The notes: generated from the letters alone by a model not told the origin. A stretch of DNA of 64,000 nucleotides from an uncultured Pseudomonadota bacterium (GCA_963843375.1 CAWJKT010000009.1:247245-311244); one strand, 5' to 3'. Shown: positions 9,612 through 19,140, counted from the first letter of the stretch. Numbers and translations are program-made.

Positions 9612-9939
9612 TTTCGGGGATGTTCTCCTAGTCCCTTTCCCATTCTCCAACCAAACTGCCGTTAAGAAACGCCCTGCTGTTGTCGTCAGTTCAAGCACCT
9701 ACAACCTTTCTCGTCCTGACCTGATTATCCTGGCCCTTAGCAGCCAACCAGCAACTTCAAATGTGTTTGGGGGAACCAGCCTTTCCCACTGGAAAGGGGC
9801 AGGACTTTTGAAGCCTTCAGTTTTCAAGCCCATATTGGCCACGATTGAAAAGAGTTTGGTCATTCAAAAGCTGGGACGTCTTCATGCTAGCGATCAAAAG
9901 ACCCTCCAACAGATATTAAAAACAGTTATTCAGGTTTAA
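9589..9939 (+). CDS. PemK/MazF family toxin
   Basis: YDFGDVLLVPFPFSNQTAVKKRPAVVVS...GLLKPSVFKP. Confidence 0.88.
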   Translation: MPSTTSYDFGDVLLVPFPFSNQTAVKKRPAVVVSSSTYNLSRPDLIILALSSQPATSNVFGGTSLSHWKGAGLLKPSVFKPILATIEKSLVIQKLGRLHASDQKTLQQILKTVIQV

Positions 9940-9956
9940 CTTATTGCCTCTAAACC

Positions 9957-9984
9957 TGTCCAACCTGGGGACCCGGATTGGACG
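9957..9984. repeat. Array site 5 (B-type): TGTCCAACCTG-GGGACC-CGGATTGGACG
   Basis: Direct sequence; 18 bp after the toxin stop codon. Confidence 0.88.
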
Positions 9985-10079
9985 GTGTTTTGAGGCCGCC
10001 GATTCAACCTTTGGTGTTTGAAGGATTCTTCTTTAGTGATATCATAATGTCATAAGTGTTATCACTTTGGAGGTCCCCT

Positions 10080-10325
10080 ATGGTTCGTACTCAAATTCAA
10101 TTGACCAAAAAGCAAACCACCTCGTTGAAAAGAATCGCCCAGGAGAGGCATATCTCCATGGCCGAAGCCATCCGCCAAGGCGTTGATTTATTCCTAAAGA
10201 ATGGGATCATCAGTCCTGAGGAGCGCCGGAAACGGGCCATTGCCATTTCAGGGAAATTTCATTCCAAGCACACCGACCTTTCCATCCATCACGACAAGTA
10301 TTTGACTGAAGACTACGCCAAGTGA
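10080..10325 (+). CDS. Ribbon-helix-helix (CopG-like) antitoxin
   Basis: MVRTQIQLTKKQ..SMAEAIRQGVD..DLSIHHDKYL; GGAGG RBS; GTGATA/TATCAC inverted repeat at 10036-10065. Confidence 0.82.
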   Translation: MVRTQIQLTKKQTTSLKRIAQERHISMAEAIRQGVDLFLKNGIISPEERRKRAIAISGKFHSKHTDLSIHHDKYLTEDYAK

Positions 10326-10720
10326 CCACTTTCATTGACACGTCTTTTTTCATCGCTCTTTTAACGAAAGAAGACCGCTTCCACGCGAAAGCTGATCAAG
10401 CTTGGCGATCTTTACTTGAATCGGACGACAACCTGGTTTCCACCAATTACACGCTTTTAGAGACGTTCTCCCTGATCCAAAACCGCTTGGGTTTGGAAGC
10501 TGTTACCGATTTTCAAAGGGATGTTGTGCCGCTTCTATCTTTGGAATGGGTTGATGAAAACTGTCATGAAGCGGGACTTGCCGCCGTGTTGACCGCCAAG
10601 CGAAGGAATTTGAGCCTCGTGGACTGCGTCAGCTTCGAAGTTATGCGGAGGAACGGAGTTAAGAATGTCCTTACCTTTGACAAGCATTTTGGAGAACATG
10701 GATTTCATTGTTTGCCATAA
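10322..10720 (+). CDS. vapC: VapC PIN-domain toxin
   Basis: FIDTSFFIAL, STNYTLLET, LSLVDCVSF, TFDKHF. Confidence 0.9.
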   Translation: MTTFIDTSFFIALLTKEDRFHAKADQAWRSLLESDDNLVSTNYTLLETFSLIQNRLGLEAVTDFQRDVVPLLSLEWVDENCHEAGLAAVLTAKRRNLSLVDCVSFEVMRRNGVKNVLTFDKHFGEHGFHCLP

Positions 10721-10746
10721 AAGTTAAATGAATTGTTGGTATCTGC

Positions 10747-10774
10747 TGTCCACGACGGGGAGGTGTAGTGGACA
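10747..10774. repeat. Array site 6: TGTCCACGACG-GGGAGG-TGTAGTGGACA
   Basis: Direct sequence. Confidence 0.88.
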
Positions 10775-10804
10775 AGGGGTTTCCCCGGCCGACAAGCCAT
10801 TTAC

Positions 10805-10833
10805 TTGACGGTCCCTTTTCCAATGCATATAAT
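10805..10833 (+). promoter_or_regulatory. Sigma70-type promoter of the vapBC module, overlapped by ATGCATA operator repeats
   Basis: TTGACG (10805-10810), 17 bp, TATAAT (10828-10833). Confidence 0.75.
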
Positions 10834-10864
10834 TAATGCATATAGTTAATATGCATCCCAGGAG

Positions 10865-11077
10865 ATGAAAATGCGGACCACCCTTGAACTTTCCAACCAT
10901 TTGATCAAAGAACTCATGTCAGTGGAGAAATGGGCCTCCAAAACCCAGGCCATTGAGGCGGCCATCGACGATTTCGTCCGCCGGAAGAGACTGGATAAAC
11001 TTATTTCCGCCAGGGGACGCTTGAAGGTGAAAGACGTTTCCTCCGAATTGCGGAAGATGGAACTTCATGGCCGCTGA
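10865..11077 (+). CDS. vapB: VapB antitoxin
   Basis: MRTTLELSNHLIKELM..SKTQAIEAAIDDFVRR; overlaps vapC. Confidence 0.82.
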   Translation: MKMRTTLELSNHLIKELMSVEKWASKTQAIEAAIDDFVRRKRLDKLISARGRLKVKDVSSELRKMELHGR

Positions 11078-11456
11078 GATCCTGATTGACACATCGGTTT
11101 GGATCGACTATTTCCGCAAGCCGGACAGTGAAACCGGGGACAAGATCGTCAAACATTTGAAACGCGGTTCCATATCTACTTGCGGAGTCGTCGTTTTTGA
11201 GGTCTTGCAGGGGGCGGCGGACCAAGAAGAGTTTTCTTTCCTGGAAGAGAACCTAAAAGGCCTGCATTTTCTCGAGGCAAACGCAGAGGCGTTTTTTGAG
11301 GCGGGGAAGGTTTCCTACGATTTGCGCAAGCATGGTATTACGCTCCCGTTAAGTGACATTCTTATAGGCACTTTAGCCATGTCAAACCATCAAACGATTT
11401 GGACCAAGGACCAACATTTCAAAAAAATGAAAGGACTCCATCATCAGTTTTTTTAA
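11067..11456 (+). CDS. vapC: VapC PIN-domain toxin
   Basis: ILIDTSVWIDYF, VVFEVLQG, LSDILIG, WTKDQHF. Confidence 0.9.
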   Translation: MAAEILIDTSVWIDYFRKPDSETGDKIVKHLKRGSISTCGVVVFEVLQGAADQEEFSFLEENLKGLHFLEANAEAFFEAGKVSYDLRKHGITLPLSDILIGTLAMSNHQTIWTKDQHFKKMKGLHHQFF

Positions 11457-11465
11457 TTAGGCCTT

Positions 11466-11493
11466 TGTCCACGGCGGGGACCCGTCGTGGACA
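11466..11493. repeat. Array site 7: TGTCCACGGCG-GGGACC-CGTCGTGGACA
   Basis: Direct sequence; 10 bp after the stop codon. Confidence 0.92.
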
Positions 11494-11565
11494 GCCAGTT
11501 CCACAATATTCACATTCTTGCGAGACCAAATCATTGATGGTATAACAGTTATATATGGAGCCTAG

Positions 11566-11844
11566 ATGCGGTTTAAGTTCAATAGCAAAAAGAGTAATAG
11601 CCTCCGCCGGAACCGGGCACGCGGTATTGGTTTCGAGGAAGCTCAAAGGCTATGGGAAAGCCCTTACTATCTTGATCAACGTTCGGATTTACCCGAACAA
11701 TGGCGGGCCATCGGTTGGGTTGTTGAAAGGCTCTATACCGTGATCTACGAAGAAAGATCAGATCGCGATGGAGAGTATCTGCATCTTGTTACGCTGTGGA
11801 AGTCCACGAAGGAGGAGAGGAAGTTATATGAAAAGCACACATAA
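11566..11844 (+). CDS. brnT: BrnT family toxin
   Basis: FKFNSKKSNSL..RGIGFEEAQRLW..EQWRAIG..VTLWKSTKEERKLY. Confidence 0.85.
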   Translation: MRFKFNSKKSNSLRRNRARGIGFEEAQRLWESPYYLDQRSDLPEQWRAIGWVVERLYTVIYEERSDRDGEYLHLVTLWKSTKEERKLYEKHT

Positions 11845-12112
11845 GGCAAAAACGGTTCCAACGGCGGAGCAAATAGCCCAAATGGTCGATAAGGGGGAGG
11901 ACATCTCCAAACATTTCACGAACCACGGAAAAATGATGCCGGCCATCCGACGGGTCAATGTGGATTTCGCGGAAAACATGCTGCGGGAATTGGACAGTTT
12001 AGTCCGTGAGATGAACGTGAGCCGCCAGGCGGTCATTAAATCAATCCTTCGCCAGGGATTGGATCAGCATTATTTGGCTAAGAAGAAACGTCCCCACCTG
12101 ACGGCTCGTTAA
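11828..12112 (+). CDS. CopG-like antitoxin (BrnA partner type)
   Basis: DKGEDISKHF..RRVNVDFAENMLRELD..VSRQAVIKSIL; overlaps brnT. Confidence 0.82.
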   Translation: MKSTHKAKTVPTAEQIAQMVDKGEDISKHFTNHGKMMPAIRRVNVDFAENMLRELDSLVREMNVSRQAVIKSILRQGLDQHYLAKKKRPHLTAR

Positions 12113-12126
12113 TCATTTAAACCAGC

Positions 12127-12154
12127 TGTCCACGACTGGGACCCGTCGTGGACA
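12127..12154. repeat. Array site 8: TGTCCACGACT-GGGACC-CGTCGTGGACA
   Basis: Direct sequence. Confidence 0.92.
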
Positions 12155-12200
12155 GGGCAAACCATTGCGTTGTAACTATACTGTAGGGTATACTAAAAAC

Positions 12201-12472
12201 ATGCTCGTCATTTGGGATCCCCAGAAAGCCATTTCCAATCAAAAAATCACGGGGTCTCATTTGAAGAGGCTCAATCCGTATTGGAATCCGACGTTCAATT
12301 GGTGTTGGAGGATAGTGAACACCACGAACAAAGATTCATCGTGCTTGGGTATTCAAAGAAACTAAACCTATTGGTGGTGGTTTACGCTTACCGGGAAATG
12401 GATGTCATCCGGATCATCTCGGCCAGAAAAGCCACACGAAAGGAACGGGAAAACTATGAAAAAAGAATATGA
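12201..12472 (+). pseudogene. brnT: BrnT family toxin with a 1-bp frameshift in the A6 run at 12241-12246
   Basis: MLVIWDPQKAISNQK | NHGVSFEEAQSVL..EQRFIVLG..IRIISARKATRKER; one extra A restores the frame. Confidence 0.85.
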
Positions 12473-12713
12473 TTTTTCTAAAGCGAAGGTCCATAAAGGC
12501 CCTCTTTTAGCTTCCAAAGGTTCTAAGATTCAGAAAACCTTCCGGTTGGATGAGTCTGTTTACCATTGGCTTATCGAGGAAGGAAAAAAACAAGGAATCC
12601 CTTACCAAACTCTCATGAACTCCATTTTAAAGCGTTCAATGTCCGATAATTCAACCCTCGAAGAACGCGTTCGTAAAATCGAGCATAAATTAGGCCTGAA
12701 AAAAACTGGCTGA
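12456..12713 (+). CDS. brnA: BrnA antitoxin
   Basis: MKKEYDFSKAK..KTFRLDESVYHWL..GIPYQTLMNSIL. Confidence 0.88.
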   Translation: MKKEYDFSKAKVHKGPLLASKGSKIQKTFRLDESVYHWLIEEGKKQGIPYQTLMNSILKRSMSDNSTLEERVRKIEHKLGLKKTG

Positions 12714-12751
12714 TTTCCCTGGACGAATTAGTTTTTGTAAATCGAAGGCCT

Positions 12752-12779
12752 CGTCCACGACGGAGACCCGTCGTGGACA
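12752..12779. repeat. Array site 9: CGTCCACGACG-GAGACC-CGTCGTGGACA
   Basis: Direct sequence. Confidence 0.9.
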
Positions 12780-13031
12780 ATAAATGCTTCAATAATTTAA
12801 ATAAGTTTAAATTGCATGGTTTGTTTTAAAGGGCTGGGGGGGATTAACCGGAGCGGATTGGTCGCGGGCCCAAAATGGAAAATGGAGACTGGGCCCGTTT
12901 TTATTGAATAAAATCACCTTTTAATTTGTTGGCTAATTTCCTTGACTGTCACCTTTTTTGCTAATAAGATTCCCCCCAGTTAAATGGTTTCCCATGCTTT
13001 TCCCCTCCCCATATCATGCCAAGGTGGTCCC

Positions 13032-14297
13032 ATGAGATTTCGAATCTTAGGATTATTTTCCCTTTTGGTGGGAATGACTTTTTTAACCCTCGGTTGCCCA
13101 TCCAAGTCCAACAGCCCCTCCGGCCCTACCGCTCCCGCGCCGACTAATACGCCCGCCGTAACATCCACGCCTACCAACACCGCGACCATTACGTCTTCTT
13201 CCACCCCTACTGGAACACCCACCAAAACCGGCACCCCAACCCTTACTGGAACACCCACCAACACAGCCACTGCCAGCCCCACCGCCACGATCACCCCGAC
13301 ACCCACGATCACCGCGACCGCCACGATCACCAATACACCGACTGATTCCGCTACTTCCACCCAAACCGGAACGTCCACTGACACGGCCACAGTCTCACCC
13401 ACCGCCACGGTCACCAGTACCCCAACCAACAGCCTAAGCCCCACCCCGACGGGTACGCCGACCGATAGCCCCAGTCCCACTCCGACCGGCACACCGACCA
13501 ATACCTTCCAATTCACGCCCACGGCCACGCCTAGCGCCACCACTACCGAAACCCCCAGTTTGACTCCGACCAGCAGCCCCACACCAACTCCCAACTGCAC
13601 GGGTTCCTATTCCATATCCGGAAACGTGGATTACACGGGCTCGACGGTTTCGGGCAACAGCGTGGCGGTGCTTATCATTTCACAACCCGACCTTGGCGGC
13701 GGCAGCGGTGATGGTTGTAACCCATTCTCCTCCGTCCTCGGAACCACGCCTGGGAGCTATTCCTACAACATCTCCACTATTCCCTCGGGCAGTTTTTACG
13801 TTGTTGGGGTTTACGGAACATTCGGAAGCAACGGACCCAACCTGGGGGATTACGTTGGGGACTACGGCAACGATTGTCCCCTCACGGGTTCCACCTTGGT
13901 GGCCCTCTCCAGCGGCAATCCCAGCGCGAGCAATGTCGGCGTGACCTTCGGCAACACTTGGACGCTTTGGGGCATCAACGCGACCGTCAACTACAGCGGA
14001 TCACAAACCAACGGTGAAATCTATGTCGGGCTCTTTTCCGCGGTCAATGTTGGCGCCGGAACTTACACCCAAATTACGAATACCGGCGTCAATTCTTCGG
14101 GCCAGACAAAAACCCTCATCGATCAAATCAATAGCTGTGGCTCGACGGGCGCGTCCGTTTACGTGATTGGATGGTACGGCAGCAATCCCAACGGGCCGAA
14201 CGCGGGGGACAATTACGTTGAGTTCTCCACCACCGAGGTGAACAACCCAACGACGACGACAACCGTTAATATCAGCAGCTCCGCGACTTGGCCATAA
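13032..14297 (+). CDS. Lipoprotein with Thr/Pro stalk and two Ig-like modules (paralog of 2476 and 3764)
   Basis: [31 protein letters not shown]; SGNVDYTGS and NATVNYSGS modules. Confidence 0.82.
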   Translation: MRFRILGLFSLLVGMTFLTLGCPSKSNSPSGPTAPAPTNTPAVTSTPTNTATITSSSTPTGTPTKTGTPTLTGTPTNTATASPTATITPTPTITATATITNTPTDSATSTQTGTSTDTATVSPTATVTSTPTNSLSPTPTGTPTDSPSPTPTGTPTNTFQFTPTATPSATTTETPSLTPTSSPTPTPNCTGSYSISGNVDYTGSTVSGNSVAVLIISQPDLGGGSGDGCNPFSSVLGTTPGSYSYNISTIPSGSFYVVGVYGTFGSNGPNLGDYVGDYGNDCPLTGSTLVALSSGNPSASNVGVTFGNTWTLWGINATVNYSGSQTNGEIYVGLFSAVNVGAGTYTQITNTGVNSSGQTKTLIDQINSCGSTGASVYVIGWYGSNPNGPNAGDNYVEFSTTEVNNPTTTTTVNISSSATWP

Positions 14298-14336
14298 GAT
14301 TGGCCAAGTTTTTTGGGGACTAACGCCTATGCCGAC

Positions 14337-14364
14337 AAAGCCCCGCCTCTGGCGGGGCTTTTTT
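14337..14364 (+). terminator. Rho-independent terminator
   Basis: AAAGCCCCGCC-TCT-GGCGGGGC-TTTTTT. Confidence 0.85.
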
Positions 14365-14561
14365 GTCTTCATGGAAGAAGGACCGGCAAGGGTGGGGAAT
14401 AATATTTGAACACCAAATCCGGAATCATCACCGAATAGAAAACCCTCAAAAGCACTTCCAAAAGATCGAATTTTGGCCGTCTATCCCGCTTTTATCGAAA
14501 GGGCTAATTTGCCCCAGGTTCTTTACGCCTCATTCGCTGAATAGTGAGGTGAAGAAAGGAC

Positions 14562-14589
14562 TGTCCACGACGGGTCCCCGTCGTGGACA
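14562..14589. repeat. Array site 10, inverted spacer: TGTCCACGACG-GGTCCC-CGTCGTGGACA
   Basis: Perfect 11-bp arms; spacer GGTCCC is the reverse complement of GGGACC. Confidence 0.92.
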
Positions 14590-14638
14590 GGGGAAATTTT
14601 GTTTAGTGAAGTCTGATTTTATTTTTTGGAGAAGAAAA

Positions 14639-15241
14639 TTGTCTTATCGAATAATACAGCCACCATTTACGCTAAAATTCAAGGAAATGCCAAAAACTGA
14701 ATTGAAAGCCTATTTTGATTGGTTTGTGTCTCAAATCCCTGAAAGATTATCTGTATTGGAATCTTCGGTGAATGAAACAAAAGGATTTGAAGATTGGTCG
14801 GCTAATTATTCTATATCTTCATTATCTTCATTAAAAAAATTAGGAAAATGGTTTGAAACTAAAGCCAATACACGGACAAGAACCAAACAAGAAATGGAGA
14901 AAATTAGAGGTAATTTCAATTTTCCTACTGAGATTTCAGATCAAGAACTGACGAATGAAACTTTTTCAATAGCAATTGATATTGGGATGTATTTTGCAGA
15001 GGTCTTGAGGAAAAAGCATAAAAATTTGCAATGGAACTTTATAACGAAAGGGCGAAAAGACTGGATTGATTATGGCCAACCTATTTTGATTGGGTTTGAC
15101 ATTATTGGTCTGAATCCAGTTCATATTATGGTTACATTGGCATATGGATTTGTAAAAAAGAGTAAGTCGGGGGAAAGATTAAGTGAACTCTTTTCAATTT
15201 GGTCCGGGAAAGCCAAGAAAAGAGCGAAGGGTCCAAATTAA
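14639..15241 (+). CDS. Hypothetical protein (AT-rich module)
   Basis: TTG start after GGAG; open frame MSYRIIQPPFTLKFKEMPK...; no family recognised. Confidence 0.65.
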   Translation: MSYRIIQPPFTLKFKEMPKTELKAYFDWFVSQIPERLSVLESSVNETKGFEDWSANYSISSLSSLKKLGKWFETKANTRTRTKQEMEKIRGNFNFPTEISDQELTNETFSIAIDIGMYFAEVLRKKHKNLQWNFITKGRKDWIDYGQPILIGFDIIGLNPVHIMVTLAYGFVKKSKSGERLSELFSIWSGKAKKRAKGPN

Positions 15242-15261
15242 CCTTTTTGTGATGAATCGGT

Positions 15262-15289
15262 TGTCCACGGCGGGGACCCGTCGTGGACA
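15262..15289. repeat. Array site 11: TGTCCACGGCG-GGGACC-CGTCGTGGACA
   Basis: Direct sequence. Confidence 0.92.
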
Positions 15290-15320
15290 ATGGAAACCTG
15301 GATTTGATTTCTATATCAAC

Positions 15321-15728
15321 TTACATCCAACCTGTCCGCCATTGTTGGCGCGATAGCCACACAAAGATCAGGATGATCAGCGGCGCCACCACATGCATTA
15401 CGGGTTCGCCGCCGTGAAGAAGGTATGAAGCCGATGCGCCCAACAGGTCAAAGGTAAAACCCGCATAAGCCCATTCTTTGAGGGTGCGGAATTTTTTACT
15501 GCCGAAAAGAACCGCAATACAGCCGAGAATCTTGGCCACTCCCAAAATAGTACAAAGGTAAGCGGGGTAACCCAAGGCGGTAATCCCTTGAACATTCTCC
15601 GGTGCAGCCATCAGCATCATCACTCCACCCGATCCCATGGCTGAAACCACCAAGAGCGTCTCGATCCAATAGAATATCTTCGCCATCGTCATGTATTTCG
15701 CTTTCATTTCCGCTACGTTCTTCGCCAT
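15321..15728 (-). CDS. DoxX-like family membrane protein
   Basis: LGYPAYLCTILGVAKILG..LKEWAYAGFTFDLLGASASY; AAGGAG RBS. Confidence 0.85.
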   Translation of the reverse strand: MAKNVAEMKAKYMTMAKIFYWIETLLVVSAMGSGGVMMLMAAPENVQGITALGYPAYLCTILGVAKILGCIAVLFGSKKFRTLKEWAYAGFTFDLLGASASYLLHGGEPVMHVVAPLIILIFVWLSRQQWRTGWM

Positions 15729-15756
15729 TTCACTTCTCCTTTGTTTTGATTCCTGC

Positions 15757-16230
15757 TTAAACTTTATTCACAAACGACTCGAACTTTTTAAGCTGATGAT
15801 TCCAGGCCAGGTCCGAATCCAGCTGTTTGCGGAAGGTCTTGGCGTTCTCCCCAAACTTTTCCAAATTCCGATGCTCCAGCTTGACCCAGGTTTTATCTTT
15901 CCCCTCGGATACAAAAGTGATTTCCACCTCGGTCGCGAAAGAAGGATCCAATTGAAAAGAGGCGGTGAGGTGCCACGCTAAAAGAATTCGATTCGGCTGC
16001 TCCCAGGCCAGCACCGTGGCCCAGTCACCCCGGGTGCCGTCTTCGGCTATTCCATAAAAACGGCCGTTCACCCTTGTCTCCAGAACCGCTTGTTTCAGTT
16101 GGGATTTGCCAACGCGGTATTCCCGGGGATACCAAGCGTCGATATTCTCCGTAAAGGCCGTGAAAGCCTCCAACAGGGGAATATTCACAAAAACCTGCTT
16201 CCGAATCGGTTCGATCATTGAGTCGGTCAT
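15757..16230 (-). CDS. SRPBCC (AHSA1-like) domain protein
   Basis: AFTAFTENIDAWYP..VLAWEQPNRILLAW..TEVEITF..TWVKLEHR. Confidence 0.88.
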   Translation of the reverse strand: MTDSMIEPIRKQVFVNIPLLEAFTAFTENIDAWYPREYRVGKSQLKQAVLETRVNGRFYGIAEDGTRGDWATVLAWEQPNRILLAWHLTASFQLDPSFATEVEITFVSEGKDKTWVKLEHRNLEKFGENAKTFRKQLDSDLAWNHQLKKFESFVNKV

Positions 16231-16556
16231 GGTTTTTCTTTCATTTTTTTATTTTTCTCCACGTATTCCTTGAACGCTCCCAAAGACTTGTCCCAAAAAC
16301 CGTCCAAATAGTCCCTCATGGTTTGAACTCCCTTGGGGTCCACCTGATACAGTCTTCGGGTGCCCCGCTGTTCTACCAACACCAACCCCGCTTCTTTCAA
16401 CACCTTCAGATGTTGTGAAACCGCAGGTCTGGAAACATGCAAGCCTTCGCTTAGCTCCACCACGGCTAACGGACGCTTAGCTAGGCGCTCAAATAACTCT
16501 CGCCGGGTGGGATCACCTAAGGCCTGAAATGCTTTCGCTATAGTTGGGTTAGCCAT
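16227..16556 (-). CDS. ArsR/SmtB family transcriptional regulator
   Basis: FQALGDPTRRELFERL..VSRPAVSQHLKVLKEAGLV..GTRRLYQ; start at 16556 inferred from the upstream operator. Confidence 0.9.
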   Translation of the reverse strand: MANPTIAKAFQALGDPTRRELFERLAKRPLAVVELSEGLHVSRPAVSQHLKVLKEAGLVLVEQRGTRRLYQVDPKGVQTMRDYLDGFWDKSLGAFKEYVEKNKKMKEKP

Positions 16557-16563
16557 ATCAACC

Positions 16564-16597
16564 GTAAGTATATACTTACCGATATGTCGATTGTCAA
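16564..16597 (-). promoter_or_regulatory. ArsR operator palindrome GTAAGTATATACTTAC (16564-16579) with TTGACA -35 on the minus strand (16592-16597)
   Basis: Perfect 16-bp palindrome directly upstream of the ArsR start. Confidence 0.7.
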
Positions 16598-16694
16598 GAT
16601 TCAATTATTGGAAGGGAAAGGTTGGAAATTAGACGGGAGTAAATAACATTTAAACGTGAGCTGGCCGTTACAATTGTAACGAAATGTAACTGGA

Positions 16695-16722
16695 TGTCCA
16701 CGACGGGGACCCATCGTGGACA
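16695..16722. repeat. Array site 12: TGTCCACGACG-GGGACC-CATCGTGGACA
   Basis: Direct sequence. Confidence 0.92.
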
Positions 16723-16832
16723 GAGAATAGTTTTGCAAAGAGCATGGACAAGTGGGATTGGGGCAGGAAGTTTCGAAAGGAATCGTAGAATTAAAACGGA
16801 AAAATATACCGAGGATGGTCGATTTGGACGTT

Positions 16833-17420
16833 CTAAAGCCCTAAGCCTTGAAGAAAGGCTTCTGATTCACGCTCGAACTGTTCTCGTATGTATGAAATGA
16901 GGGCCATACGCCAAACACCCTGCAAGTAAGTAATGATGACCTTGGTAATTGTGCCGGTGTCATAACTTTTAGGAAGACGCCCTGCTTTCTTATCTTCATT
17001 GATCTTGTCTTCGATCAGTTTTTGAGTTTGATTTATCCTGGTAATAATAGCTTTTCTTAATTCGTTATCAGCCATAACGTCTTCGGAAAGCATCCCAGCG
17101 AACATGCAAATATTAGAAGGGCATTTGGGATCATCGAGACTGTCAAACATGGCGCTTAGCATGGCCCGCATCCCAAGACTTGTACTCGGGGCTGATGTCA
17201 GGGCAAGGCTTCTTTTTTTGCCTTCGATCTCCCCATACCTCTTCAAACATTCGATATAGAGGCGCTTTTTGCTTTTGATGGTATTGTAAAAGGAACCTTC
17301 CCCGATCTTCATCGCCTTCAGAAGGTCTCTTAGCGATGCACCAGAGTATCCGTCACGCCAAAAGACGCGCATCGCTTGATCCACTGCCTTATCGTAATCA
17401 AACTCCACTTTTCTAGCCAT
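16833..17420 (-). CDS. TetR/AcrR family regulator
   Basis: MARKVEFDYDKAVDQAMRVFWRDGYSGASLRDLLKAMKIGEGSFYNTIKSK. Confidence 0.92.
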   Translation of the reverse strand: MARKVEFDYDKAVDQAMRVFWRDGYSGASLRDLLKAMKIGEGSFYNTIKSKKRLYIECLKRYGEIEGKKRSLALTSAPSTSLGMRAMLSAMFDSLDDPKCPSNICMFAGMLSEDVMADNELRKAIITRINQTQKLIEDKINEDKKAGRLPKSYDTGTITKVIITYLQGVWRMALISYIREQFERESEAFLQGLGL

Positions 17421-17568
17421 GTCTCATTTTACCTCTGCGAAATATCTGAAGCAATCTATTTGTAGCAAATGTGACAATATCATTTGACTGCCGTGCCATT
17501 ATTCTGTAGCATGTGCTATAGAATTTAAGCGGAGATATTTCCCACGATGTTGTGGTTAGGAGACGAAA

Positions 17569-18462
17569 ATGAACGAAAGTATATTGATAACAGGAGCAAA
17601 TATTGGGCTTGGGAAAGAAACCGCCCGACAGTTAGCCCTGAAAAAAGAAACAAAAAAGGTAATTCTTTTTTGCAGAAATCAAGAAAAAGCCGAGGCAGCA
17701 AAAAAGGACCTTGAGGAGAAAACGGGAAAAAAGATTTTTGAAATTATTATTGGGGATGTTTCGGATGCGAATTCTGTAAGAAAAGCAGTAGAAAAAATAA
17801 AGGACCCTATTGATGCCGTCATTTTAAACGCAGGTGGAATGGTTGGGAAAACTGCTGCGCAAATCACACCCTCTGGCATGAATAATTTGGCCGCGACTAA
17901 TATTTTAGGTCATGTGGTTCTAGTGGATGAGCTTCTAAAACAAGATAAGTTAAAAAAAGTAGTACTATTTGTAAGTGCGGAAGCTGTACCGGGAGTAAAG
18001 CCTCTCGGAATGAAACCAGTTTCAATGAAGACTTCCTCTGTGGATGAGTTTGCTGCGGTTCTTGATGGTTCATTTTTTGGTAAAAAGTTCGATGTAACCC
18101 AAGCATACGGATACGTTAAATATGTAGGAACGATGTGGACGTTATCAATGGCAAGAAAATATCCTGATCTCAAATTTGTTGTTATGAGTCCCGGCAACAC
18201 AAAGGGAACTCTGGCACCGGATAACTTGCCCCAGCCTATGAGATTTATGTTGAAGTACGTAATGATGCCTATTGTGTTTCCATTGATGGGTGGAATGGTG
18301 CACGAGATAGAGGTAGGTGTAAAACGCCTCGTCGATGGCATTTCGGATGAGCGATATAAAAGTGGCGTTTTTTATGCGAGTAAAGAGGGTAAGCTATCGG
18401 GGGACGTGGTTGACCAGAGCACGTTTTTTCACTGCTTTGAAAAATACTACATTTCAAGATAA
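17569..18462 (+). CDS. SDR family oxidoreductase, divergent from TetR; possible frameshift in the T6 run near 18424
   Basis: ITGANIGLGKETA, ILNAGG, YGYVK; an alternative frame extends the C-terminus to a TAG just before the next ORF. Confidence 0.85.
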   Translation: MNESILITGANIGLGKETARQLALKKETKKVILFCRNQEKAEAAKKDLEEKTGKKIFEIIIGDVSDANSVRKAVEKIKDPIDAVILNAGGMVGKTAAQITPSGMNNLAATNILGHVVLVDELLKQDKLKKVVLFVSAEAVPGVKPLGMKPVSMKTSSVDEFAAVLDGSFFGKKFDVTQAYGYVKYVGTMWTLSMARKYPDLKFVVMSPGNTKGTLAPDNLPQPMRFMLKYVMMPIVFPLMGGMVHEIEVGVKRLVDGISDERYKSGVFYASKEGKLSGDVVDQSTFFHCFEKYYISR

Positions 18463-18501
18463 CGCTGATAAAGCAATTCACCGGAATATTGTGGCCTAGC
18501 G

Positions 18502-19140
18502 ATGAAAAAAGTGTTGGGTGAGCTAACTTGGGCCGCTTCTTATGTTTTTCTTGTCCTGGGATTCCGGGCTTGTCTTCATGCAGAAACGTCAACAAGTGAG
18601 GAATTGCTGGCTACCTATCCCCCCGCACAGTTTAAATTGGATTTCAAGGATGATGGGGAGCAGGATACGCTGACATTGACCTGCAAAAAGGTCAAAGATT
18701 ATTCGGTGGATCCTGATACGAAAGAGAAAATCTCGGAGAAAAAGTTTGTTTGGTATCAATTTCACATGACCATTGTTTCGCCAAACCATGAAACCCTCTG
18801 GGATGATACCTATTCAATTAAAGACGAGGATTACAGCGGGCTTTTTGAAAACTTCGATACCCCCTTCCTAACGCCAGCGGTTTATATAAAAAAATATTTT
18901 TCAGTGAAATTCAACCACATTGTAAATTGGAAAATAAGTAAAGATGAAATCGATGAAGATTTAATTAAACAAAAAATCAAAGACACGAAAGTGAAGGTTC
19001 GGGTGGAAGATGTTGAAAAAGAGATTCTTACTGGCAAGCATACTGTCGTATTTTACCGAGGTGACTGGGCGGTGGACTTGAGGCAGGCGGTGTATTCAAA
19101 AAAGCTTCGTAGTGCGGTTGGCTTAGCATGCCCTTATTAA
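18502..19140 (+). CDS. Hypothetical exported protein
   Basis: N-terminal hydrophobic signal-like segment; no family recognised. Confidence 0.6.
   Translation: MKKVLGELTWAASYVFLVLGFRACLHAETSTSEELLATYPPAQFKLDFKDDGEQDTLTLTCKKVKDYSVDPDTKEKISEKKFVWYQFHMTIVSPNHETLWDDTYSIKDEDYSGLFENFDTPFLTPAVYIKKYFSVKFNHIVNWKISKDEIDEDLIKQKIKDTKVKVRVEDVEKEILTGKHTVVFYRGDWAVDLRQAVYSKKLRSAVGLACPY

Noticed and set aside
645-13600. Val/Gly-rich minus-strand ORFs (645-1064, 1065-1697, 2484-2897, 4501-4806, 12980-13600)
   Set aside because: Antisense shadows of Thr/Pro repeat coding sequence.
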